Source of the DNA: Clostridia bacterium
GTDB taxonomy: Bacteria; Bacillota; Clostridia; TANB77; CAG-508
Direction: 5' to 3'
DNA length: 64,000 nucleotides
NCBI GenBank assembly: GCA_900770385.1
Contig: CAAGKK010000037.1
Coordinates: forward strand, 6,195 to 70,194
The translations under genes were made by a program, and so were the position numbers. Below are positions 1-7,655 of this stretch, piece by piece. A model generated the notes under the pieces. It made no database searches, was not told where the DNA came from, and was given only the letters and a program-made list of their open reading frames with translations. Numbering within the stretch: the first letter of the stretch is position 1; each line of letters starts with the position of its first letter.

Positions 1-71
1 TCAGAATGGAAGAATATATATACAAGAGAATAATCAAAACAAAAAAAATATAATAGAATTTTCAAATATGG

Positions 72-1304
72 ATGAGGTTCGGAGAATTTTTTGATTATAT
101 TACAAAGTTGGGAATATATTGTAAGTTATATGACAAACAGATTTCATTAACAAGAAACGATGAAAATGTTAAAAGCAAAGAAATATTTATTGCTACTAAC
201 AGCTATGGTAAATTTTTTAATGAAGGTAGCAATTTTGAGAATTTTATGATGCAATACCAAGAAAGAATGCAAAAGTTACAAACAAATTTGTTTAATAATA
301 ACAATTTTTCCTTGACGGATAGACAAGAAGAAATATCTATACCTACATCGGAAGAATTAAGACAGTTAATTTTAGAAAAGTTTTCTACAATGGATGTAGG
401 TGATATTACTGATTCACAAATATCTCAATATGAATATAGAAAAATAATTGGTATGCAGTATCAAGACATGGATTTATCATCAGAAGATATTAGAGCACTT
501 AATTTATATAAACATGGTTTGTTTGATAAGATTAATGGTTTCTTAAGAGGAGATTTGGGATTTTTAGCTGAAAACAAAATGAGTGAAGAGACTTTTGTAA
601 AAATGTATATACCACAGGTCATAGAATGTATTGGAAGAATTAGTGAAATACAAAAAAAATTTATTTCAAGTAAAGATATGACACTAATTAGGAGAGATGC
701 AAGATGTAATGAGAATATGGAAGAAAAGTTAGAATACGACAATTTTGTTTCTACATCTGCCAATCCTAGATTATTTACTTATTTACTAGATGGAGTTAAA
801 GATGGAGGATTTTTATTTATAAAAGTACCAAAAGGTACACCTGTAATTCCAATGGACATAGTAACGGAAAAACAAATGTCATTAAGAGAGAGTGTAAGCA
901 AGTTTGGTGGAGGAGACATAGGCTATGAAGAATCTGAAATTCTAATTCCAATGTGTGATATTGAAATAAACAATCATTATCAAGCTAAAAATGGAAAAAC
1001 AATGGCTAATGCTACAATTGTAAAACAAAGAAATCCAATCGAAATAATGGAGAAAAGGTTAGAAGAAATGAAAGATATGATTATTCAATATGGTGGAAAG
1101 GAAGAATTAGAAGAGTTAAGAGCAAAAGTCCAAGCTATAAAATCTCAAAGCAATGAAAAGGCAAAACATAGTTTAGATGAATTCCATGATGTAGCCATTA
1201 ATGGTAGAAGTGAATCTACAAATGAAGTGACAAGAGAAACAACACAAGGTGTACGAACAGAGGGCGAATTTGAACAAGAACATAATAATGTAGAGACAAA
1301 ATAA
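72..1304 (+). CDS. ADP-ribosyltransferase (C3/exoenzyme-like, R-S-E type) with an E/K-rich C-terminal tail
   Basis: NAD-pocket motifs occur in the canonical order: YKHGLFDKINGFLRGD (Y-x-IN-x-LR), LIRRD (Arg), FVSTSANP (STS) and GYEESEILIP (ExE). Confidence 0.65.
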   Translation: MRFGEFFDYITKLGIYCKLYDKQISLTRNDENVKSKEIFIATNSYGKFFNEGSNFENFMMQYQERMQKLQTNLFNNNNFSLTDRQEEISIPTSEELRQLILEKFSTMDVGDITDSQISQYEYRKIIGMQYQDMDLSSEDIRALNLYKHGLFDKINGFLRGDLGFLAENKMSEETFVKMYIPQVIECIGRISEIQKKFISSKDMTLIRRDARCNENMEEKLEYDNFVSTSANPRLFTYLLDGVKDGGFLFIKVPKGTPVIPMDIVTEKQMSLRESVSKFGGGDIGYEESEILIPMCDIEINNHYQAKNGKTMANATIVKQRNPIEIMEKRLEEMKDMIIQYGGKEELEELRAKVQAIKSQSNEKAKHSLDEFHDVAINGRSESTNEVTRETTQGVRTEGEFEQEHNNVETK

Positions 1305-1512
1305 TAGTTAGTATAGAAATATATCTATTTAATTAAAAATAAAATATAAAGAATTTAGATGTACTGAAAAATTAAAAATATTTAACAACAGGAGTTTCTT
1401 CGAAAGTGGGACACCCAGGCGTATGTCCCATCCAAAAAGAATTTTCCACAGAATATTTATTATACAAAATTTTTAATAATAAAATAAAGGTTGAAACATT
1501 TTGTTTTAGCCT

Positions 1513-2802
1513 TTATTTGCTATTTGTAAAATATTTATTACTTAAGTTATATAATTCTTTTTTAAATTCTTCAATTTGATTATCATTATAGCTATCCCTT
1601 AATGCAACAGCTTTTTTAGACCATTCTTTGAATTGCTTTTCTTTAAAGTCTTTAGGATGGTTATAATGTCTGCCATACATTTTTTTATATTCTTTTTTGA
1701 ATTCTTTTAAAATATCGCTATTATCAACCTTTTTTTTATATTTGTTTGAAGCACCAATTTCTTTGCAAGTTTTACCAGTATCTTTATATAAATTATTACA
1801 ATATTTTTGGTCATTTCTTCCTTTTTGATATGGATTGTTGCTAGTGGTAGTTGGAATAAATAATCTTCCGCAGTTTTCACACTTATTTATAGTAAAATTA
1901 TTCTGAATTACTTTAAATAACTCAAATTTGATTTGTTCTTCACAATTATTTATCTCATAAACTTCTTCAACATATATATTTTTTGTATGCATTACATTAA
2001 TCAATTCTTCTACAGATAATTGTTTCTCTTTAAAAGTTATATCAGCATTGCAAATATATTTAGTTACAAATTTTGTGTCTAAAAATAATGCGTGGGCAGG
2101 ATTAGTGTTCAAATAATGTAAATCAAAAACATCTTTAGCTTCATATAAATATAATCTTTCTTCATTGCTCAAATTTCGAACAAAAGAATTATTAGAATAT
2201 TCACTTATTAATTCTAATCTTTCTTTCAAGTCGCTTTTTTGATTTATAAGGTCTTTTATTAAGTAATCCTTTATTGTTTCAAAAAATTTTATATATTTAT
2301 TATGTTTCTTTTTCGAGATTTTATCTATTTCAGTAGTCCACTCATACATAATTGTTTGAAGGACATAATGGTTTTCTTCTATTTCTTCAAATATTTCATT
2401 TGGAGTATATTCAGTATTGTCAATATATACTCCAATATTATTCTTGAATAAAAGGTCACTTCTAAATACTCCCGAATTATATGTTTTTATGATTATATCT
2501 ATTAAAGTTTGAGTGTAAAAATGTGTATATGGAGAAAAATTCAAACATTCTTGGACTTTATGAAACATTTCAAATAAAAAATTAACCTTTTTATCCATAC
2601 CATTACATTCTTTATTGCTACAAACAATGTTAATTAATTCTGTATATAGAATTTTTAGTTTATCAAATTCATCATTTTCCATAATTGCAAAATCATATAA
2701 TTTATCTCCAATATTGTATTCAAAATCCAAAGTAGAACCAAAAAATTCTCCTCCATTTTTTAAAATAATTTTATTGTTATTAAGTGTGAAATTACTTGTC
2801 AT
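1513..2802 (-). CDS. Hypothetical protein with a C-terminal Cys-rich (zinc-ribbon-like) region
   Basis: Long ORF of 429 aa. CENCGRLF...YCNN...TCKEIG cysteine pattern. No family recognised with certainty. Confidence 0.45.
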   Translation of the reverse strand: MTSNFTLNNNKIILKNGGEFFGSTLDFEYNIGDKLYDFAIMENDEFDKLKILYTELINIVCSNKECNGMDKKVNFLFEMFHKVQECLNFSPYTHFYTQTLIDIIIKTYNSGVFRSDLLFKNNIGVYIDNTEYTPNEIFEEIEENHYVLQTIMYEWTTEIDKISKKKHNKYIKFFETIKDYLIKDLINQKSDLKERLELISEYSNNSFVRNLSNEERLYLYEAKDVFDLHYLNTNPAHALFLDTKFVTKYICNADITFKEKQLSVEELINVMHTKNIYVEEVYEINNCEEQIKFELFKVIQNNFTINKCENCGRLFIPTTTSNNPYQKGRNDQKYCNNLYKDTGKTCKEIGASNKYKKKVDNSDILKEFKKEYKKMYGRHYNHPKDFKEKQFKEWSKKAVALRDSYNDNQIEEFKKELYNLSNKYFTNSK

Positions 2803-3138
2803 AACTGTGTTTCCTCCATTTTTTAAATAGAATATAGCTATTTTGATTTTTAGTTTATCTATAGACTTTGAAAAATCTATTTACAACACTATTTTAGCAT
2901 CTTATAATGATTTTAGCAATATAGAAAATAGAAACTTGAAATAACTATTTTCTATCAACAGCACATTGAAAATTGAATAACAAACTGCAAGCACAGATAA
3001 TGAAACTTCTGTCCGGCTAACGTGATGTAAAGGGGCGGTTCGCTAAAGGTGGAATGAGGGCAAATCTCATATGAGTATTTAATTTACTACTTGTAGTTTT
3101 AAAATTAAAGTAATATTTTTAAATTTTTAATAATAGTA

Positions 3139-3345
3139 TTGAAAAGAAAGTTGGTGAGAATTTTGAAAAAGGGTTTGAAGATTACATTTATAAATCCTAA
3201 TACTGAAGAACAAATAGTACAAGCTATGGCAGGAGTTCTTGCTTATAATTTGGATGAGAATGATGAAAATATAAAATTTGACTACAACAATTCAAATACT
3301 TATCAAAATTCTCACAAAGAAATAGAAGATGAAATTGAATTATAA
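3139..3345 (+). CDS. Small hypothetical protein (non-ATG start)
   Basis: ORF of 68 aa only. TTG start, no clear RBS. Confidence 0.2.
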   Translation: MKRKLVRILKKGLKITFINPNTEEQIVQAMAGVLAYNLDENDENIKFDYNNSNTYQNSHKEIEDEIEL

Positions 3346-3380
3346 TGACAAAAAATATAGAAAAATTTTTACAAAAAGTC

Positions 3381-3409
3381 TTGATATTTTAATAAAAAGT
3401 TTGTATAAT
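3381..3409 (+). promoter_or_regulatory. Sigma-A type promoter of the type III TA locus
   Basis: TTGATA (3381-3386), 17-nt spacer, then TGtTATAAT (extended -10, TATAAT at 3404-3409). A 5' hairpin atagtagatat/atatctactat follows. Confidence 0.6.
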
Positions 3410-3449
3410 GAATATAATAGTAGTAGATATTTAATATCTACTATAATTA

Positions 3450-3545
3450 AAAATGTGAGTCGCAACCCTATTTGCGAATTAAATGGATAGGTGAGAAAAT
3501 GTGAGCCGCAACCCTGCTTGCGAGATATAAATGGGCAGGTGAAAA
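3450..3545 (+). ncRNA. Type III antitoxin RNA candidate: two tandem 46-48-nt repeats plus the start of a third
   Basis: Unit 1 is aaaatgtgagtcgcaaccctatttgcgaattaaatggataggtgag. Unit 2 is aaaatgtgagccgcaaccctgcttgcgagatataaatgggcaggtga. Each unit holds a short hairpin (cgcaa/ttgcg). The repeats lie between a promoter and a terminator, directly upstream of a ToxN/AbiQ-like ORF. Confidence 0.7.
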
Positions 3546-3565
3546 AATGTTAATTATAGTAAAAT

Positions 3566-3598
3566 GTGGGGTCTATAAAAAAATAGATCCCATATTTT
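3566..3598 (+). terminator. Intrinsic terminator between the antitoxin repeats and the toxin gene
   Basis: Hairpin tggggtctat-aaaaaa-atagatccca followed by tatttt. Confidence 0.6.
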
Positions 3599-3622
3599 CA
3601 TAAAAGGAGAAATGTAATAAAA

Positions 3623-4099
3623 ATGGTAATAGAAGATGGAAAATTTTACTTTATAAAAGATGAATTTTTTGATGTATTTAAAGATTATGGTTTGATGGTA
3701 AATAAAGAAAATGGAAATAAAAGACCGTGTTACTTTTGTTTCAGAGATAGACAAAACAAAGAAATAATATGGTTTGTTCCAATATCTACTAAATATGACA
3801 AATATAAGAAAATCTATGACATAAAAAAAGTTAAAAGTGGAAAAAGACCAGTATATAACTTTGTTTTTGGTAATGTATTGGGAAAGAAAGCAGTATTTCT
3901 TATACAAAATATATTTCCTACAACTATAAAATATATAGAGAAAAAATATAGAAATTCTAATATGGATGTTGAAATTCCAGAAATTGTTAAAGAAGAAGTT
4001 ATTACAAAAGCATTAAGAGTAGTAAATCTTGCAGAAGATGGTGTAAATATTCCATTTTACAATATAATAGAGATGAGAAATATATTACTAAAAAGATAG
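3623..4099 (+). CDS. Type III TA toxin, ToxN/AbiQ-superfamily endoribonuclease-like (CptN-like by size and repeat length)
   Basis: 158 aa. N-terminal FYFIKDEFFDVF...NKE...RPCYFCFRD...IIWFVPISTKYDKYKKIY resembles ToxN/AbiQ/CptN-type toxins. The locus architecture (promoter-repeats-terminator-ORF) is diagnostic. Confidence 0.6.
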   Translation: MVIEDGKFYFIKDEFFDVFKDYGLMVNKENGNKRPCYFCFRDRQNKEIIWFVPISTKYDKYKKIYDIKKVKSGKRPVYNFVFGNVLGKKAVFLIQNIFPTTIKYIEKKYRNSNMDVEIPEIVKEEVITKALRVVNLAEDGVNIPFYNIIEMRNILLKR

Positions 4100-4144
4100 A
4101 ACAGTGACAATGGCACACAAAATGACACTGAAAGAGAACTAATC

Positions 4145-4290
4145 AAATGTACTCGCCACCCTGTTGGCGACAAATAAATTCACAAGTGAACAGATGTTAC
4201 TCGCAAACCTACTTGCGACAAATAAAAGCGTAGGAGGACAAATTGAAACCGCTGACCAATATGCGGTATATAAGTAGTTGGGGGGTGAAG
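4145..4290 (+). repeat. Second array of three diverged antitoxin-like 47-50-nt units downstream of the toxin stop
   Basis: D1 is aaatgtactcgccaccctgttggcgacaaataaattcacaagtgaac. D2 is agatgttactcgcaaacctacttgcgacaaataaaagcgtaggaggac. D3 is aaattgaaaccgctgaccaatatgcggtatataagtagttggggggtgaag. The hairpin is kept by compensatory changes (tcgcaa/ttgcga, tcgcca/tggcga, accgc/gcggt). Confidence 0.6.
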
Positions 4291-4292
4291 TT

Positions 4293-4340
4293 TAAAATCT
4301 ATTCCAAAATAAAACGGAGTAGATTTTTTATTTTTCGTAT
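4293..4340 (+). terminator. Terminator closing the TA transcription unit
   Basis: Hairpin aaaatctattcc...ggagtagatttt followed by a T-rich run. Confidence 0.45.
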
Positions 4341-4419
4341 TGTCTTTTTACAACTAATATGCTAAAATGCAACAGAACGAAAACAACGAAACAGAAAAAA
4401 TAAAGAAAGTAGTGATGTT

Positions 4420-6054
4420 ATGAAAATTGCAGCATATTGTAGGGTATCAACTGAAAAAGAAGCACAAATAGACTCATTAGAAAAGCAAATAGAATTTTTT
4501 AATGAATTTACAAAAAAGAACGGATATGAATTGTACAAGCTATATGCAGATGAAGGAATATCAGGAAAACAAATAAAACACAGAAAACAATTTCAACAAA
4601 TGATGATAGATGCCAAAGCCAAAAAATTCGATAAAGTAGTAGTAAAAGATGTAAGCCGTTTTGCAAGAAATACAGTAGACTTATTACAAAGTGTAAGAGA
4701 GTTAAAATCTTATGGTGTACAAGTTGATTTCCTAAATAATGGAGAAGTAATGGAAGGTGGCTCTGAATTTATACTAACAATTTTAGGAGCAATGGCACAG
4801 CAAGAAAGTGCAAATATGTCTAAAAGAGTTAAATTCGGAAAAGATATTACAGCCAAAAAAGGAAGAGTGCCGAATCTGGTATTTGGATATGACAAAATTC
4901 CAGATGAAAGATATACTTTAAAAATAAATGAAGAAGAAGCAAAAATCGTAAAAGAAATATTTGAAAGTTACGTATATAAAGGAATTGGAACAACAAAAAT
5001 AGCATGGAACTTAAATGATAGAGGAATACGTACTAAAAAGACAAAATCAAAATGGGTACAAACATCTATTGTAAGAATGCTTAAAAATCCAATATATACA
5101 GGAAGAGTAACAAATAAAAAATCAGAGGTAACAGACTTTATAACAGGAACAAGAAAAGAATTGCCAGAAGAAGAATGGATAGTTGTTGAAAGACCAGAAA
5201 TGAGAATAATATCAGACGAGCTATTTAACAGAGCACAAGAACTTTTAGAGCAAAGATCAAACGAATTTAAATTAAATAACAAAAGAGAAAAAACAGAATA
5301 TGTATTTAGCACACTTATCTATTGCAAACATTGTGGATATTCATTTAGAAGAATAAAGAGAAAATATACAGCTGATGGACCAGAATATATAAGATGGGTA
5401 TGTAGTGGAAGAAACTCAATGGGAGTAAACCATTGTCCAAATACAACTGTTATTGATGAAGAAGAACTTTTAAATGCAATAAAAATCTATTTAAAAAGTA
5501 TAATAAAAAATAAAAAAGATTTTATGAAAGCTGTTGAAAAAGAATTTGAAAAGATTACAAAATTAAGAGAAAACAATGAAAGAAGTGAAGAGAGTTTTTT
5601 AAAAGAAATCGAAAAAGTAACAGTTAAAAAACAAAAATATATGGAGATGTTTCAAAACGAAATAATCAATATACAAGAATTAAAGAAATATACAAATCCA
5701 ATAAATGAAGATATAGCAAGACTGGAAAGAGAATTAAAACTAATAACATCAGAAATAAAAGAAAAAGATGTACTAGAAAAAGAACTTAATAAGACAATAA
5801 AAACAGTAGATGACATATTAAATAATCAAACAATAACAAATGCAATGTTAAAAACAATTATAGATGTAATTGAAGTAGATTCAGATTCAAATGTAGAAGT
5901 AAGACTAAAACTATTAAATGAAATAGGAACAAATGAACCAGTAATAACAAGATTCGAAGACATTTACCAAAGTTCCGAAGAAAAAGAAAACACAAAAAAT
6001 AAAGAAAATTCTATCGTTACGAAAAGTAACAACAGTACACAAAGATGTAAGTGA
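4420..6054 (+). CDS. Large serine recombinase (resolvase/invertase N-domain + recombinase domain + zinc ribbon + coiled coil)
   Basis: MKIAAYCRVSTEKE catalytic-Ser N-terminus. FARN, GAMAQQES. Cys cluster CKHCGY...WVCSGR...HCPN. 544 aa. Confidence 0.9.
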   Translation: MKIAAYCRVSTEKEAQIDSLEKQIEFFNEFTKKNGYELYKLYADEGISGKQIKHRKQFQQMMIDAKAKKFDKVVVKDVSRFARNTVDLLQSVRELKSYGVQVDFLNNGEVMEGGSEFILTILGAMAQQESANMSKRVKFGKDITAKKGRVPNLVFGYDKIPDERYTLKINEEEAKIVKEIFESYVYKGIGTTKIAWNLNDRGIRTKKTKSKWVQTSIVRMLKNPIYTGRVTNKKSEVTDFITGTRKELPEEEWIVVERPEMRIISDELFNRAQELLEQRSNEFKLNNKREKTEYVFSTLIYCKHCGYSFRRIKRKYTADGPEYIRWVCSGRNSMGVNHCPNTTVIDEEELLNAIKIYLKSIIKNKKDFMKAVEKEFEKITKLRENNERSEESFLKEIEKVTVKKQKYMEMFQNEIINIQELKKYTNPINEDIARLERELKLITSEIKEKDVLEKELNKTIKTVDDILNNQTITNAMLKTIIDVIEVDSDSNVEVRLKLLNEIGTNEPVITRFEDIYQSSEEKENTKNKENSIVTKSNNSTQRCK

Positions 6055-6181
6055 GAGATTACTAAAGATAAATCCAGCATTAGCACATGATGTTAGAATA
6101 ATATTAGATGAAAATAAAGCAGAAAGACATATAAGAGGAGGTATGGCAACAAAATTAAAATACAAAAATAAAAAGAAATAA
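6032..6181 (+). pseudogene. spoIIID: 3' segment of spoIIID (last ~48 codons) with no 5' half in the window
   Basis: The frame starting at 6035 reads VHKDVSERLLKINPALAHDVRIILDENKAERHIRGGMATKLKYKNKKK*. As I recall it, the SpoIIID C-terminus is ...STVHKDLTERLPEINPDLANEVKEILDYHKSIRHLRGGEATKLKYKK. The upstream in-frame sequence has no ATG and no HTH similarity, and a stop lies at 5945. Confidence 0.75.
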
Positions 6182-6204
6182 AGATTTTTCTTTATTTCTT
6201 TTAG
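6173..6204. terminator. Bidirectional terminator shared by the spoIIID fragment and veg
   Basis: aagaaataaaga-tttt-tctttatttctt, flanked by an A-run and a T-run. Confidence 0.6.
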
Positions 6205-6211
6205 TTATTTA

Positions 6212-6508
6212 TTAAATTAAAGCTTTAGATTTTTTTACATCAACTACAGGAGGTATTAAAGGACTGTAACCCTCACCATCAAAAACATCAACCTCTACAG
6301 TTCTTGTTAAAACATCTTTATAACTATAAGTGACATTTCTTTCTTCATCATCGTATTTTACGATAAATAAATTAGGATAAGTTTTTTCGATTGTAGCCTC
6401 TTTTTCAAAAAATCTACTTCTTCCAAGAGTACCTTTTACAATTATCTTTTGTCCAATTTTTTCTGTGATATCTGTTTTTAAATTTGTAATATCATTTGGT
6501 AATATCAT
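6212..6508 (-). CDS. veg: Veg (biofilm/sporulation-associated small protein, DUF1021)
   Basis: Family-like sequence (...GRSRFFEKEATIEKTYPNLFIVKY...VTYSYKDVLTRTVEV) and conserved yabG-veg synteny. Confidence 0.8.
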   Translation of the reverse strand: MILPNDITNLKTDITEKIGQKIIVKGTLGRSRFFEKEATIEKTYPNLFIVKYDDEERNVTYSYKDVLTRTVEVDVFDGEGYSPLIPPVVDVKKSKALI

Positions 6509-6537
6509 TTAACCACCTACTTTATTAAGATAGGCAC

Positions 6538-6566
6538 ATTATATCATTATCTACATAAAAAGTCAA
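6538..6566 (-). promoter_or_regulatory. Near-consensus sigma-A promoter of veg
   Basis: The minus strand reads TTGACT, 17 nt, TATAAT. Confidence 0.6.
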
Positions 6567-6671
6567 AATAACATTATGCGACTTAAAATCAGCAAACATG
6601 CTAAAAATAAACTAAAAATGCATATAAGGATGTGAATTTTACAATTAGATTACAATATTATTACAAAAATA

Positions 6672-7487
6672 TTACAAATCTCTTTTTCCCATAGAACCTA
6701 CACCATCAATACCTTTTTTTCCATCTCTTAGGTCCTCTATAATATCATTTATAGTTAAAAATTTATTTCTAGATGTTGTAGCTATTTTTTCAGCAACTAT
6801 TAAAGGATCCATGAAATCGATTAAAATTCTAGCAGGAGAAGATGCAAAATTTGCACCAGAAGTTATTATTGCCTCAAAAAAACTTTGACATGCACCAGCA
6901 AATATAGCTAAATCTTTATTTGAAGGAATTATTTTTCGAGCTTCTATAACTGATTGAATAAAATACTTGGAATTTCTATAATTATGAATATCATTATAAT
7001 TAATTCCAGCTTTTATCATGCTATCATGTCCTGTTACTATTAAAATATCTGGTTTATATTTTGGTATTAAAGATTTTACCATTAAGGGTTGTTTAAATTC
7101 TGGTACATTGCGAACAATAGCGTTTAAACCTATTTTATTATAGTATCTTCTGGATTTTTCTGAATATCTTTTATCACCATCTAAATGTAAAATCATACCG
7201 GTATTTTGCATAAATCGGTATTTATTTTTTATGATTTTTTTATTTAATGAGGACAAAATTCTATTTTCTATTATGTTATCTGTTCTACTAATAGGATTAT
7301 CAAAATTATTAGAATCAATAATTAATAAATCATCTATAAATGCATCAGCAATAATTCTAGTTGTAATGCCTTTTAATATAGCAATTGCAGTACCATTTGT
7401 ACTACTAATTATTTTATCTACAGAAAATAAGATATCACATCCATAGGATTTTCGAGCAACAATATCATTTTTTCTTATTTTCAACAT
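6672..7487 (-). CDS. yabG: Sporulation-specific protease YabG
   Basis: IVARKSYGCDILF, ILHLDGD, ILIVTGHD and IFAGACQSFFEAIITSGANFASSPARILI match the YabG family along the full length. Confidence 0.85.
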   Translation of the reverse strand: MLKIRKNDIVARKSYGCDILFSVDKIISSTNGTAIAILKGITTRIIADAFIDDLLIIDSNNFDNPISRTDNIIENRILSSLNKKIIKNKYRFMQNTGMILHLDGDKRYSEKSRRYYNKIGLNAIVRNVPEFKQPLMVKSLIPKYKPDILIVTGHDSMIKAGINYNDIHNYRNSKYFIQSVIEARKIIPSNKDLAIFAGACQSFFEAIITSGANFASSPARILIDFMDPLIVAEKIATTSRNKFLTINDIIEDLRDGKKGIDGVGSMGKRDL

Positions 7488-7655
7488 TACATATCACTCC
7501 ATAATATATGTCCTTATAGCATAATATGTCGAAAAAGGTTATTTGGTGAATTGACTTATACAAAGCTAATCAAAAATTATTAGTAATAGGAATTTTTTTG
7601 GATTTTATTAATATAATGAAGTATGTATTTATGAGAAAATAAGGAGGTAATTTTA

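Larger units (their letters stand above)
1..6034 (+). mobile_element. Right-hand portion of an element inserted in spoIIID. The left end lies beyond the window. Cargo seen here: ART-like gene, a 429-aa Cys-rich protein, a type III TA locus and a large serine recombinase.
   Basis: The LSR gene (4420-6054) sits at the extreme right end and abuts or overlaps a spoIIID 3' fragment starting about 6032. The content is accessory-type. Confidence 0.6.

Noticed and set aside
461-763. Many antisense or overlapping ORFs in the six-frame track. Examples: 461-763, 4710-5312, 12276-12677, 17357-18129, 20123-20521, 25895-26158, 26330-26770, 36912-37223, 39046-40263, 51144-52459 and 61277-61546.
   Set aside because: They lie opposite or inside well-supported genes. 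Their composition is low-complexity and rich in F/L/I/S, typical of the antisense strand of AT-rich coding DNA. They lack RBSs.
3450-4290. Possible CRISPR array, suggested by short structured repeats.
   Set aside because: The units are directly abutting, with no unique spacers. There are only 2-3 copies per block and no cas genes. The layout of promoter, terminator and toxin ORF fits a type III TA instead.
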